Assembly (NCBI GenBank): GCA_040217195.1
Contig: JAVJNR010000007.1
Coordinates: 1-64,000, forward strand
DNA from: Leptospiraceae bacterium
GTDB lineage: Bacteria; Spirochaetota; Leptospiria; Leptospirales; Leptonemataceae
Direction: 5' to 3'
Length of the DNA stretch: 64,000 nt
Shown here one piece after another: positions 50,231-61,126 of this stretch. The translations under genes were made by a program, and so were the position numbers. Under the pieces are notes generated by a model, which was not told the DNA's origin, searched no databases, and saw only the letters and a program-made list of their open reading frames with translations. How positions within the stretch are numbered: position 1 is the stretch's first letter; every line of letters starts with the position of its first letter.

Positions 50231-50260
50231 AAGCCCCGCAGCAATGCGGGGCTTTTTTAT
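50231..50260 (+). terminator. Intrinsic terminator
   Basis: AAGCCCCGCA-GCAA-TGCGGGGCTT-TTTT. Confidence 0.88.
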
Positions 50261-50302
50261 TTCTTTATTCCAGAAATGGTTTCTCGAGGATTGTCGCAAC
50301 TT

Positions 50303-52012
50303 ATGAGCGGCACATTGAAATCCACTATAGATACAAATTCGGAAGATTTCCAGGCGAATGCAAAGGCCCTTCGCGATAAGACAGAAGAGATTCGCCAGGT
50401 CTGGCAGCGGATAGCCGGAGGCGGCGGAGAGAAGAACCGCAAGCTTCATGAGGACAGAGGCAAACTCTTTGTCCGGGATCGAATCAAACTCCTTCTGGAT
50501 TCAGGGTCTCCCTTTCTGGAAGTGGGAGCTTTTGCTGCCACGAATGTCTACGATTTTGAGGCGCCTTCGGCCGGAATCGTTTGTGGCATTGGCCTGGTCC
50601 AGAACTGTCCGGTGATGATCGTGGCGAACGATGCAACGGTTAAAGGAGGAACCTATGTTCCGCTGACAGTCAAAAAGCATCTTCGAGCTCAGGAGATCGC
50701 GCTGGAAAATCGACTACCCTGCATTTACCTGGTCGACTCTGGAGGTGCCTTTCTGCCCATGCAAGATGAGGTTTTCCCGGATAGAGATCATTTTGGCAGG
50801 ATTTTCTACAATCAGGCCCGGTTGTCTGCAGCCGGTATCCCGCAAGTAGCATGCGTTATGGGATCCTGCACAGCGGGTGGCGCCTACATTCCAGCCATGT
50901 CTGAAGAAACCGTCATAGTCCGTGGCCATGGAACAATCTTTCTGGGAGGACCTCCACTGGTAAAAGCAGCCACAGGCGAAGAGGTAACTCCGGAAGAGCT
51001 GGGCGGCGCAGATGTACACACACGAGAAAGTGGAGTAGCAGATTATGCTGCAGTAAACGATGAGGATGCTCTAAACATTGTAAGACGAATTGTGGCCAAC
51101 CTGGGCCCGGAGTATACTGTAAGCGATGATTCCGGTGCCAATTTTAATCTCACAGCCAGCACCCACAGAACCGGTACCTCTGGCGGCAAAAAAGCTGCGC
51201 CATCCTCGTCTGCTGGCGCAACGCTTCCCGGCGATAAAATAGCAGACCCATTGTACAGCTCCAGGGAGCTTTACGGTATCATACCTGAATCCAGCAGCAA
51301 GACATTTGATATTCGCGAAATTATTGCAAGGATAGTAGATGGTTCCGAGTTCCATGAATTTAAACCGGATTATGGAACAACCATCATTACTGGATTCGCT
51401 CGCATATTCGGAATGCAGGCCGGAATCATCGCAAACAATGGAGTGTTGTTCAGCGAATCTGCATTGAAGACCACTCATTTTATTGAGCTGTGCACCCAAC
51501 GTCAGATTCCGCTTTTGTTTCTGCAGAATATCACTGGCTTCATGGTAGGAAAGAAATACGAAAGCACGGGTATTGCTCGCGACGGAGCGAAAATGGTACA
51601 TGCTGTATCCAATGCGAATGTACCCAAGATAAGTCTTGTCATTGGCGGCTCTTACGGGGCCGGGAACTATGGTATGTGCGGAAGAGCCTTTGGTCCCAGA
51701 TTTCTCTGGATGTGGCCCAACGCTCGAATTTCAGTTATGGGCCCGGAACAGGCTGCCAACGTTCTTGCAACTGTCAAAAGGGATCAACTGGCCCGGGATG
51801 GAAAAGATTGGCCGGTTGATGAAGAACAGAAGTTCAAAGAGCCCATTTTGCGAGACTATAACCATAAGTCATCCAGCGTCTACTCCAGTGCTCGACTCTG
51901 GGACGATGGTATCATCGATCCTGCGGACACCCGAAGAGTTCTGGGCCTAACTCTGGCAATCTGCAATCGTACGGGAAACCAGGAAACGAACTACGGAGTA
52001 TTCCGAATGTAA
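50303..52012 (+). CDS. Methylcrotonyl-CoA carboxylase beta-type carboxyltransferase
   Basis: [46 protein letters not shown] and terminal GVFRM. Confidence 0.92.
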   Translation: MSGTLKSTIDTNSEDFQANAKALRDKTEEIRQVWQRIAGGGGEKNRKLHEDRGKLFVRDRIKLLLDSGSPFLEVGAFAATNVYDFEAPSAGIVCGIGLVQNCPVMIVANDATVKGGTYVPLTVKKHLRAQEIALENRLPCIYLVDSGGAFLPMQDEVFPDRDHFGRIFYNQARLSAAGIPQVACVMGSCTAGGAYIPAMSEETVIVRGHGTIFLGGPPLVKAATGEEVTPEELGGADVHTRESGVADYAAVNDEDALNIVRRIVANLGPEYTVSDDSGANFNLTASTHRTGTSGGKKAAPSSSAGATLPGDKIADPLYSSRELYGIIPESSSKTFDIREIIARIVDGSEFHEFKPDYGTTIITGFARIFGMQAGIIANNGVLFSESALKTTHFIELCTQRQIPLLFLQNITGFMVGKKYESTGIARDGAKMVHAVSNANVPKISLVIGGSYGAGNYGMCGRAFGPRFLWMWPNARISVMGPEQAANVLATVKRDQLARDGKDWPVDEEQKFKEPILRDYNHKSSSVYSSARLWDDGIIDPADTRRVLGLTLAICNRTGNQETNYGVFRM

Positions 52013-52172
52013 TTGAGCCTGCGGTTCGATTGAGCCTGCACCGCTCAAGAGTTCGTTCTTATGGGCAAAGTCCGGGACTCCATAAATCGGAGACCTGGTT
52101 TGGGCCCACACTTCTCTCTGGTTCGGATAGCAAAAACCCTTGATTGCAGATCTATGCCTCTAAGATGGTACC

Positions 52173-52928
52173 ATGCATTCAAGATTCTGCTGTCTTACTC
52201 TATTATTCCTACTCGGCCAATGCCAGACTTCCGGGCCAGCTACAACAGGCCCTGCAGTAGCCACGGAACCGGTAGAAATGAGAGATTCCGTTCGCCTGGA
52301 TGTTCCGGCCATAACTCAGCACCGTGAATCACTTTCCGGAGCTGCATCGGTGGAGATGGTATTTCGTTACTGGGGCGAATCGAGATATTCTCAACTGGAA
52401 ATAGCCAGTGCGCTGGTCTGGAAGTTTAGAGAGAACAAAAGATTTTACAAAAGCCATACTCTATTTCAGATTCGCTCCGGCAAGACCGCAGACGAAATGG
52501 ACTGGAGTAGCTATCCTGGCAGCGGAACAGGCTACATTCGCGAATTCCTGGAGCCAATTGCGCCCACGGAAAATCATAGAATCCAGCACCTACCACGAAA
52601 CACCAGAGCCATTCAGGAACTGGAAGAGAAACGATTGGCGCAGCTAAAGGAAAGCGTCAATCGAGGCATTCCCGTTATTGTTCATCAATGGGTGGATTCC
52701 AGTCGCGAGAGCCAGAGATTTCGCGTGGTCACAGGATTCGATTCCAGAAATGGCATGATTTACTTGAATGATCCGGCATCTGGACCTATTAAGATGAAAG
52801 ACTCTGAATTTCTATACCTGTGGCAGGTGGATGAGGTCTGGCTACCCTATAACTCCATAGTTTTCAACAAATCAGATGCCAGACAGATTAAGCAGGGCGA
52901 ATTGAAAGTAGAGCTTGAATTACCCTGA
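52173..52928 (+). CDS. C39-like peptidase-fold lipoprotein, catalytic residues lost
   Basis: LDVPAITQ...LSGAAS (Cys to Ser), SQRFRVVTG (His to Arg) and LNDP. Confidence 0.8.
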   Translation: MHSRFCCLTLLFLLGQCQTSGPATTGPAVATEPVEMRDSVRLDVPAITQHRESLSGAASVEMVFRYWGESRYSQLEIASALVWKFRENKRFYKSHTLFQIRSGKTADEMDWSSYPGSGTGYIREFLEPIAPTENHRIQHLPRNTRAIQELEEKRLAQLKESVNRGIPVIVHQWVDSSRESQRFRVVTGFDSRNGMIYLNDPASGPIKMKDSEFLYLWQVDEVWLPYNSIVFNKSDARQIKQGELKVELELP

Positions 52929-53123
52929 GGGCATTTCGCATTGAATCCTACTGAGGCTTTCCTTTCGGCGCCTTTCCTTCAGTCTGGTTTGGTTCACAAA
53001 TTAGATACATGTGCGCGAAATTCCGGGGAATGCTACTGAGACCTTCGCCTGGCTTCACCGCAGTCCACCGTCGTTCGATCCGAGTTTGACTGTAGATATG
53101 TGTGCTTCGCATCAGCACTGCTG

Positions 53124-54137
53124 CTAATCGCTGGAAACGGAGCCAAATCTGGAATATACAAGCATGGCCACCGATAGTAACAATATACATCCATTGGCAG
53201 CCACCACCGGCGCAAGGACTGCCAGGCGAAAATTCAACGCTAGTAGACTGACAGTGCAACCAAGACAAAGCCAGAAAGCTACAGCGGAGGATCTAAAATT
53301 TACAATTCCGGCACGATGCAATTCCAGAATAGAATCGCCATGAGAATCATCTAGAAGTCCTGCCAGCATTCCGAAATTATGAGCTGAGTAGATGGCCGAT
53401 ACGCCAAGCAAAAAGAAATTCCAGGAGATACCGGGAACGGATTCGCCCGCCATAAATCGATCCAGAGAATCCAGAGATAAATCCAGCTGATAAATGGTGA
53501 GAATGAGCAGTGCAATCCCGTTCCATAGACTCAAGACCAGAGGTCGCAAAGACGCTCTGGATACTGTTTCTCTGGATGCAGTTTTTATAATTCCGGACCG
53601 GGGAATGTGCCCCATGATAAGCCATGCTACCGCGACGGTCGCCACGCAAAAACCTGCCAACTGCGGCGGGCTCAGATAATAATCCACTCTTAGATGTTCC
53701 AGAATCAAATACAGAAGAGCCAGGGAGGCCGCGAGACAACTAAGTTCATTGCGATGTTGATTTACAGTTCGAATATGCACGAGCACTGAGAGGAACAGAA
53801 AGCAGGCAATAAACCAATAGGGCCAGCGATGGATAGAATCCGGCTCCAGAGGCCACAAGAATGCCCCGGCACTCAATAATAACGAAACAAGCCCAATCAG
53901 CAAAAGCAGTAGTCCATTGGTCCTTAAATGGAAGTGTTCCAATAGAATTCCCAAAAACAGGGGCATTAGAATACGGAGTGCTGCCAAACCTTCCTGTGGC
54001 CCGGCGAAATAGAGCAATGCGCCCACTATTCCAAGATCCAGCAGGCTAACCATGAGCAATATCTGCCTGAATCCCGCTTTAGTGCGGAACTGACTTATGC
54101 GAAATACAATCTGATCCTGAGAGGGCAGCATGGGCAT
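53124..54137 (-). CDS. Polytopic membrane protein
   Basis: About ten hydrophobic segments. Confidence 0.6.
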   Translation of the reverse strand: MPMLPSQDQIVFRISQFRTKAGFRQILLMVSLLDLGIVGALLYFAGPQEGLAALRILMPLFLGILLEHFHLRTNGLLLLLIGLVSLLLSAGAFLWPLEPDSIHRWPYWFIACFLFLSVLVHIRTVNQHRNELSCLAASLALLYLILEHLRVDYYLSPPQLAGFCVATVAVAWLIMGHIPRSGIIKTASRETVSRASLRPLVLSLWNGIALLILTIYQLDLSLDSLDRFMAGESVPGISWNFFLLGVSAIYSAHNFGMLAGLLDDSHGDSILELHRAGIVNFRSSAVAFWLCLGCTVSLLALNFRLAVLAPVVAANGCILLLSVAMLVYSRFGSVSSD

Positions 54138-54350
54138 TCAAAGGCAAAGTAAGGATGCACCGAACCCGGGCACAACGCAATTAGGTGCAAGGCTAGTGCA
54201 TTTTCCCGACCGGCCATCCCCGCCGGAAGACTGCGAAGAGAGGCTGGGAACTACACTGCGTTTAAGTCGCTAATCGGCCAGGGACGAGTTAGAAGAATGC
54301 TTCTGAGTAGCAGTGTTCCTAGAAAAATCTAGAAGATTTCCCTCGCTTTG

Positions 54351-54566
54351 TCACTCCAGAGAAAGGGCCCGGGACGGACATTTCATTACTTGCTCTCGAA
54401 TCGCCTGTTCTTCGGCCCCTTCCGTATTGATCCAGGGCCGGGCTTTTGGATTAAATACCCGGGGCAATCCTTTGACGCAAACGGCCGAATGTTGACAAAG
54501 ATGGGGCTGCCAGACTACAGTGGTATCGCCCTTTTTGTAACGGAGAGTCTTTTCCTTATCACTCAT
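54351..54566 (-). CDS. Divergent 4Fe-4S mono-cluster protein (YjdI/Fer4_19-like)
   Basis: CQHSAVCVKGLPRVFNP..RPWI...CPS.AL. Confidence 0.85.
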   Translation of the reverse strand: MSDKEKTLRYKKGDTTVVWQPHLCQHSAVCVKGLPRVFNPKARPWINTEGAEEQAIREQVMKCPSRALSLE

Positions 54567-54831
54567 AATTCCGCAATGTAGCAACTCCCCAGATGCTTGC
54601 AATCCTTTGCAGGTAATTTTGGAAGCCCGCCCAAGGTCCTTAACCTTCGTAGATAGCAGATTATCAGTCACCCTGATCTGGTATTTTCAGAATTCCTCCG
54701 GTTAAAACATCGGAGGTTCAGAATATTGAATTGCGAATCTGTTCCAGGCTGACCAAAGTGTGAAATCCTGACGCAATCTCCGCCTCGGAATATATAGCTG
54801 CGAAAATTCAGAATCGAATTCGGTTAATGCA

Positions 54832-55950
54832 ATGCCAGACAAAAACGCAAGCCATCAGAAGCCGGGATTGTCCCACTGTGCGTTGCGCAATTTTATCTGG
54901 GCGCTGATTGCCATCCTGTCGCAAAGCTGCGGAGAAACAAAATCCCTTCATTTGCAGCCTTCCCAGGAAGCGCAAAAAAGAGCCCTGGAATCATCATCGT
55001 CCATTCAGGAAGAGCATCAGGGAGAATTGCATCTATTCATTCTTGCAGGACAGTCCAATATGTCCGGTCGGGGTAACCTGGAGAATCTTCAGCACCGGGA
55101 GTCAGATCCTGCCATTTATGTATTCGGAAACGATTATCGCTGGAAAGTGGCACAGGAACCAGTGGATGACCCTCAAGATCAGTTGGACCTGGTCTCCAGG
55201 GATTCCGGAGCAGGTGTGGGGCCTTCCCTGGCTTTCGCATCGGAACTCAGAAAAAACAGATCCGACGCCATAGGGCTAATTCCATGTGCCATGGGAGCCA
55301 CCACAATGTTTGAATGGGAACGCCGACTGAGTCCTGAATCGTTGTACGGTTCCTGTCTTCAGCGTTCCAGGGAAGCATCTAAGATGGGCCGAATTAAGGC
55401 CGTCCTGTTTTTTCAAGGAGAATGGGATGCCCTGGACATTGGTTACGATCGACTGCTGGCCGAGAATCACAGAAAACCGGAAAAACGATCGGAAAACCGA
55501 ATCCATTATTCCGACTCCAAAAAGGCACTGCCTGCTGGAATGAGCGAATACCAACTGGGCCAGAGAAAGATGGTGATCTGGCCCGGTCCGAATGAGAAGT
55601 ATGGCAACCCGCCGTTCGTATTGCGTCTGGATGGCCGCAAGGGTTACAACAGATCAGAACCGGCGCTCTGGGCCTACTTCTTTGCCGATTTTGTAGACAA
55701 TATACGTCATGATTTGAAACAACCAGAGCTTCCGGTAGTGTTCGCACAAATCGGAACGCAAAAAAGGCCGGAAGTCTACAGGCACTGGACAACCGTAAAA
55801 AAGGCTCAAGATGCCCTCCGCATGGATCGAGTGACCATGATCCGAACCGATGATCTTTCCCTGAAGGACTCGGTGCACTTTTCTGCAGAATCTTACATCG
55901 AAATCGGCAAGCGATTTGCCAGGGCCTATCTGGACAATGAGATGTTCTAG
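54832..55950 (+). CDS. Sialate O-acetylesterase (SASA/CE6-like) lipoprotein
   Basis: LAGQSNM, FFQGE.D and DSVHF. Confidence 0.85.
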   Translation: MPDKNASHQKPGLSHCALRNFIWALIAILSQSCGETKSLHLQPSQEAQKRALESSSSIQEEHQGELHLFILAGQSNMSGRGNLENLQHRESDPAIYVFGNDYRWKVAQEPVDDPQDQLDLVSRDSGAGVGPSLAFASELRKNRSDAIGLIPCAMGATTMFEWERRLSPESLYGSCLQRSREASKMGRIKAVLFFQGEWDALDIGYDRLLAENHRKPEKRSENRIHYSDSKKALPAGMSEYQLGQRKMVIWPGPNEKYGNPPFVLRLDGRKGYNRSEPALWAYFFADFVDNIRHDLKQPELPVVFAQIGTQKRPEVYRHWTTVKKAQDALRMDRVTMIRTDDLSLKDSVHFSAESYIEIGKRFARAYLDNEMF

Positions 55951-56001
55951 GCCACCAGCTTTTTCTCCTTGCAGCATTGGGGCTGGAGCTATAATCGACG
56001 G

Positions 56002-56850
56002 ATGAATTTAGCAAGGAATACTAACTCTAACAATTCCGTCATTGGCCTGACAATACGCTGCTCATCACTGACGTTAATTTCCATTCCACTGCTGTTCAGT
56101 CTCTTTGCCGGATGCGTTGCCGGTGTATCGGCCCGGCCAGCCTCTGAAACGGATTACTCTGATATTACCACCGGTACCGATTCTGTATCCAGACGAGTCG
56201 TTCGATTAAATGTGCCTCTGGTCCGGCAGCCCCGGGCCAAACTTTGCGGTCCCGCAGTTATAGAAATGGTATTTCGCTTCTGGGGTGAAACTGATTACGA
56301 TCAGTACGAAATTGCCCGGGCCATGGTCCTGTTGTTTCGCAATGAAAGCGGCAGGTTCCAGGACTCTGAGATACTGGTCCAATTACAACGCAATGCCCGG
56401 AATGGGGATGTGGACTGGAGAAAATATCCGGGAACTGGCACCTATCAAATGCGGGAATTCTTGAGCCGTTTTGCTCCAACAGTAAATCCAAGAATCAAAA
56501 ATCTGCCAGAGTCAAGAATTGAATCTGCGAAGATCCGGGATCGATTTTTTCAGGAACTCCAGGGTCATCTGGACTCCGGCTCCCCTGTCATCGTGCACCA
56601 GTGGTATAATGAAAGTAAGAACAGTCAGCACTATCGCCTGGTCACCGGTTATGACGATGTGCGTCGCATTGTGTTTCTCAATGATCCTGCAGACGGCCTT
56701 ATTGAAATGTCCTACGATCGCTTTCTGGGACTATGGAATGTGGAAGAAAACTGGCTGCCCTATAATAACATTGTATTCAATCGATATGCCCCTGGAAGGG
56801 TGGAAAAAGGCAGGCTCGACGTGAATCTAATTCTTTCGGTCGACAATTGA
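56002..56850 (+). CDS. C39-like cysteine peptidase lipoprotein
   Basis: LNVPLVRQ...LCGPA, SQHYRLVTGYD and LNDP (Cys-His-Asp intact). Confidence 0.85.
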   Translation: MNLARNTNSNNSVIGLTIRCSSLTLISIPLLFSLFAGCVAGVSARPASETDYSDITTGTDSVSRRVVRLNVPLVRQPRAKLCGPAVIEMVFRFWGETDYDQYEIARAMVLLFRNESGRFQDSEILVQLQRNARNGDVDWRKYPGTGTYQMREFLSRFAPTVNPRIKNLPESRIESAKIRDRFFQELQGHLDSGSPVIVHQWYNESKNSQHYRLVTGYDDVRRIVFLNDPADGLIEMSYDRFLGLWNVEENWLPYNNIVFNRYAPGRVEKGRLDVNLILSVDN

Positions 56851-57180
56851 AGTGCCACACAGTAATACTCACGTCCAGGATGTGTAAATAACGACATCTA
56901 CCGGTATGATGACCAAGGCTATCGGGTCTGTTGCTAATTGAGGTAATCAAGAATAGACTCGACTGTGCCACCATCCCATCACATACTATGCGAATACATT
57001 CGCCTCTGCTCCAGAAAGGAAAGTTTGGCCAGGTTCTACTGATAACCGGCCACCGCTAGTACATCATGTCCTGTATATTCCAGGACCCTGCCCCACCAGG
57101 CTCTGTCAGTTGACGGCGAAAGAGGCTGCCGTTCCTTGAGTCTGGATGCAACGGGAATTGGGGCAGGGTCAGTTCGATTT

Positions 57181-57840
57181 CTATTCTACGGATTCCAGCG
57201 TACCAAAAAGTCTCCAGTCCGCACGGTCCAGCTTGAGCTTGATTTTATAACTATTCTTCTCCTCCAGGCCGGCAACAGTTTCGCTCATGGAGTCGTCGTA
57301 TGATACAGTTACAGATTTATTGTAAGGATCGCTGGCACGAAACATGAGTTCCTTTTTTTCTTCATCTTTTTTGGTCAATTCCCCTTCAACGGTGAATGAC
57401 TGCCCCTGAGCGCCGGGGCCTTTTAGAATGATCTGCGCGGGCAATCCAGCAGCTTCCCCATCAGAGACAGGTTTTCCATCTTCCGTGGCTACTTCAATCA
57501 GGTCGCCTCGCATGGTGCCGACGGTATTTCCCTGGGGAACTTTAAACTGGTAGATATATTTCTTTCTGGGTTCCAGGTTACCCGCTTTGCCTGCCAGCTC
57601 TTCCGGCACATACACAAAGATCGTTTTGTTGGATGCCCCGAAAAGTCTCAAATAAGCTCCATCCCCATCCCTTTCAACATTGATCTGCTCCAGAGTAAGA
57701 GTGTGGGTTTTTCCAGAGCCTTTCTCTACAACCTCCAGGGTATCTCCTTCGGAAGTAAGATTGGCCCCGCAGAAGGAAAGGGTGGCAACAGCCGGCAGCA
57801 GAGCCAGCCACATTATTTTTCTTGTAATTCTGTTTCGCAT
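57181..57840 (-). CDS. Putative lipoprotein with two similar beta-rich halves
   Basis: AGGAG RBS; lipobox LSFC; repeated L.F.A....K...V......AG.LE....Y....K pattern. Confidence 0.7.
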   Translation of the reverse strand: MRNRITRKIMWLALLPAVATLSFCGANLTSEGDTLEVVEKGSGKTHTLTLEQINVERDGDGAYLRLFGASNKTIFVYVPEELAGKAGNLEPRKKYIYQFKVPQGNTVGTMRGDLIEVATEDGKPVSDGEAAGLPAQIILKGPGAQGQSFTVEGELTKKDEEKKELMFRASDPYNKSVTVSYDDSMSETVAGLEEKNSYKIKLKLDRADWRLFGTLESVE

Positions 57841-58601
57841 AGTTATCTCCTGATTCATGTCGCGATCGACATCCTTTTTTAGTTGGATCCGGTCGGTGTT
57901 AGCGAATGGTTCCAGCAAGGTCTGGTAGTCTACAGTCGGCCAGGAAAGAGTCAACCGGTAAAGGCGCGATTCATCAGAGTTCTCATACATTTATTTCCGG
58001 CCCCTGGCTTGCGCTTGCCAGTGGAAGTAACGTCCGTTATAGGTTACCGGGCGAGATTTAACAGGGTTACCATGATCCTGCAGGCCCCACAGTCATCTCC
58101 TCTCAGGCCTGGTCCAGAATCCCGATATCCGAAAACTACCGGACCAATGGCTCGAAGGCTCGCATTGCGGATTTCTCTGGAGGTGCTGCGATCTTACTAT
58201 CGACTGAGACCGCCAGAGCTTATTAGCAACCAGGATATCCGGGAGCACTGATGATTTCGCCAGGGCCCTATGGGCCTGCATTCCCATCCATCCCCCTCTG
58301 CAATCGGCACAACCCGGACTCCATTTTCCTTTTGATCCAATCCGGGCAAAAGGGTTACCGCTTCGCATTCCAGGGCTCAATCTATAATTCGCTACACCAC
58401 CTGGCAGTCCATTTCCTGAAATTGGCTCGACCGCCTGCACATTTCAAATCAATTCCTTCTTCGGCAGATTCACGGCCCTGGCATGTGCGAATGGGCCCGT
58501 TCGAACTCTGCCTGTGCGCTGAAGAAGGTAATTGAATTGCTCCGGGTAGTCCCGGACCCACCAGTTGCCAGTCAGAATTAAAGGAAGCGGGAGGCGAATG
58601 A

Positions 58602-59489
58602 ATGGAATCCGTAAAATTTGCGGGATTAAACGGTGCAGAGGAAAGTGTATTCAATTCGCAAGACATCGAACATTATTACGAGCAATCCAAAACGGATTAC
58701 AGACTACTGTGGAACTACGATCGATCCCATGCTTTGCACTTTGGATTCTGGACTGAAGATACCAGAACTTTGAGTCAGGCTCTGGAAAATGAAAATAGAA
58801 TGCTGGCCTGCCTTGCAGAAGTTAATAGCGGGGACCACATCCTGGATGCAGGATGCGGTGTAGGCGGTAGTGCAGTCTATCTGGCAAGAAACTATGGATG
58901 CAAGGTTCACGGAGTTTCTCTATGCGAACATCAGCTTGAACGAGCCAGCCAACTTTCCCGCAAATACAACCTCCAGGCGCAACTGAGCTTTGCAAAAGAG
59001 GATTATCACAACCTGCAATGGCCTTCAGAGTCTTTTTCCATTGTCTGGTGTATTGAAAGTTTCTGTCACTCCTGGAACAAGCCCCGATTTCTCCGAGAAG
59101 CCCATCGACTTTTGCGTCCTGGAGGTCAGCTAATCATAGCCGATGGATTTCGTTCCGGTGGAACTCCAGATGAAGAACAGAAATATATGATGCGCTCCTG
59201 GCTGGATGGATGGGCAGTTCCCGACCTTCCAGGAGAATCAGAAATGGAGGTCATGTTAGGTGATGCTGGCTTTGGTCCGGTTCAAATAAAGGATTTCACT
59301 GATTTAGTAATTCGCTCCTCTCGCAGGCTTTACGATTATTCCAGGATTTTTTATCCCGCAGCACGATTCGCATCTATCATGGGGATGCGAAAGGAAATAC
59401 AAAATGCAAACCTGAGGGCGGCCAGAGATCAATATCTGGCCCTGAAAGCCAACCTCTGGAAGTACAGTGTTGTGAGGGCATGGAAATGA
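58602..59489 (+). CDS. Class I SAM methyltransferase (tocopherol/sterol-MT-like)
   Basis: LHFGFW, ILDAGCGVGG, IESFCH and LRPGG. Confidence 0.9.
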   Translation: MESVKFAGLNGAEESVFNSQDIEHYYEQSKTDYRLLWNYDRSHALHFGFWTEDTRTLSQALENENRMLACLAEVNSGDHILDAGCGVGGSAVYLARNYGCKVHGVSLCEHQLERASQLSRKYNLQAQLSFAKEDYHNLQWPSESFSIVWCIESFCHSWNKPRFLREAHRLLRPGGQLIIADGFRSGGTPDEEQKYMMRSWLDGWAVPDLPGESEMEVMLGDAGFGPVQIKDFTDLVIRSSRRLYDYSRIFYPAARFASIMGMRKEIQNANLRAARDQYLALKANLWKYSVVRAWK

Positions 59490-61006
59490 ACAATCCAGCA
59501 ATGGCCGCCGATCTGGCTTCGCAAACAGTACCGGAAAGATGGAGCGACGAACATTTCTCTCCCTATCAGAGCCAGGGAGATCGAATCGCCGATGGAGTCA
59601 TTCAAGAGCTTCTGGCCAGCGGTCAAATCGACGGAATTCATTCCGTTCTGGATTCTATTCAAAGAAACGATGATCCTGTTTCCGAATGTCCTGCAGTATT
59701 ACGAAAGTACTTTGAGGAAACGGCTGTCCTTCCCTCCTTCGCAAACCCTGATGCTCTTCGCGCTGCCCAGGATGTTTTTGCCAGATATGGCCTTCCGATG
59801 ACGCTTAGTTTGTTCTGCCTGGTCCTTCCCGAAGGTTATGCAGCACCTAGACCGGCCCTTGCTCTTTCTTTCACAAGAACCATGTATGACCACACCCGAA
59901 GACGCATTGCAGAAACGGCTCAGTTTCTACTGGACATCGTATCCCCGGATGCCTTTGGACCAGAAGGACGGGCCATTCGGAGTATTCAGAAAGTCAGACT
60001 GATGCATGCAGCGGCCAGATTCTTTGTTAAGCGAAGACCGGAATGGCCGGAAGAATATGGAGATCCCATTTCCCAGGAGGACCTGGCCGCAGTGGCTGGG
60101 GGATTCGGATCCGAAACGATTCGAGGACTGGAGAAGCTGGGTATTAATCTGAATGAATCAGACCGAGAAGCCTATACTCATTGCTGGGCCGTCATGAGCT
60201 CCATGATTGGTCTGGATACCGAACTTGTGGCTCGAGATTTTCAGGATATGGATGAATGTGTTCAATCCTATAAGAGAAGGCAATGGGGACCAAGCAAGGA
60301 AGGAAAGGAACTCACGGCCAGTCTGATGAACATGGTGAACCGTCAGCTGCCACCATTGCTTCGTGGCCTGCCGCAAGCTTATCTGTATTATTTGATGGGA
60401 CCGGAAGGTGCAGAAATACTGGGAGTTCGCAAGAACTTGCAGAGCCGGCTTCTACGACCATTCATCGGTCTGAATTCCTTTATTAATCTGTCCCAGCATA
60501 AATCCAGGCGCCTGGCCCGAATGATTCGTTCTGTGACCCTCGGTATTCTCCAGGGAGTGATGGTCCGTGAAATTGGAGATAGGCCGGTAAAGTTCTATAT
60601 GCAGCCTGCTATTCGCAAAGGCTGGCAAATGGAACCAGTGTATCGTCGGGTTTCCCGCAAGAGCAATCTGGCCTTTCTTCAGGTAAACTTGCAGCCCAAC
60701 AGCAATGAATCTGTTTCAGAATCAGTTCTGTCCCAGGCTTCTACTTCCTATGACCAGGATTGTACTCTAATTGATCTCAGTCGTACAGGTGCCTGTATTC
60801 GTCTGTCCGGGGAATTTCCTATATCTGGCCCCGGTAGCTCAGTATGGTTACAGATTCGCAGCAATGACACAATTCTGAAAATTAGAGCCATAAGCTGTCA
60901 TGTGCATCAAAATCAGGCAGATGGATCTAAGAACATTGGATTTGAATTCGAATCACCGGATCGACGCACTGTTCGAACAATACAAGATTGGCTTGATAAG
61001 CAGTAG
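59480..61006 (+). CDS. MpaB/Lcp-like (DUF2236) oxygenase fused to a C-terminal PilZ domain
   Basis: GD.IAD, RRIAET, KVRLMHAAAR and PISQED; PilZ motifs RRVSR and DLSRTG. Confidence 0.85.
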   Translation: MEMNNPAMAADLASQTVPERWSDEHFSPYQSQGDRIADGVIQELLASGQIDGIHSVLDSIQRNDDPVSECPAVLRKYFEETAVLPSFANPDALRAAQDVFARYGLPMTLSLFCLVLPEGYAAPRPALALSFTRTMYDHTRRRIAETAQFLLDIVSPDAFGPEGRAIRSIQKVRLMHAAARFFVKRRPEWPEEYGDPISQEDLAAVAGGFGSETIRGLEKLGINLNESDREAYTHCWAVMSSMIGLDTELVARDFQDMDECVQSYKRRQWGPSKEGKELTASLMNMVNRQLPPLLRGLPQAYLYYLMGPEGAEILGVRKNLQSRLLRPFIGLNSFINLSQHKSRRLARMIRSVTLGILQGVMVREIGDRPVKFYMQPAIRKGWQMEPVYRRVSRKSNLAFLQVNLQPNSNESVSESVLSQASTSYDQDCTLIDLSRTGACIRLSGEFPISGPGSSVWLQIRSNDTILKIRAISCHVHQNQADGSKNIGFEFESPDRRTVRTIQDWLDKQ

Positions 61007-61126
61007 AATGAAATTAAGAGCCCAGGAATCGATAGCCGATTCTAATGCTACATAATCAGTGGATTTTGGAAGTGACGTAGAAGCGGTCGCCGGGGCGACC
61101 GTTCAGAAAGGAAAATGAGAATCTAA

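Noticed and set aside
57841..58601. Riboswitch or small gene in the 760-bp intergenic gap
   Set aside because: No recognisable aptamer motifs, and the short ORFs lack an RBS or domain features. Left uncalled.
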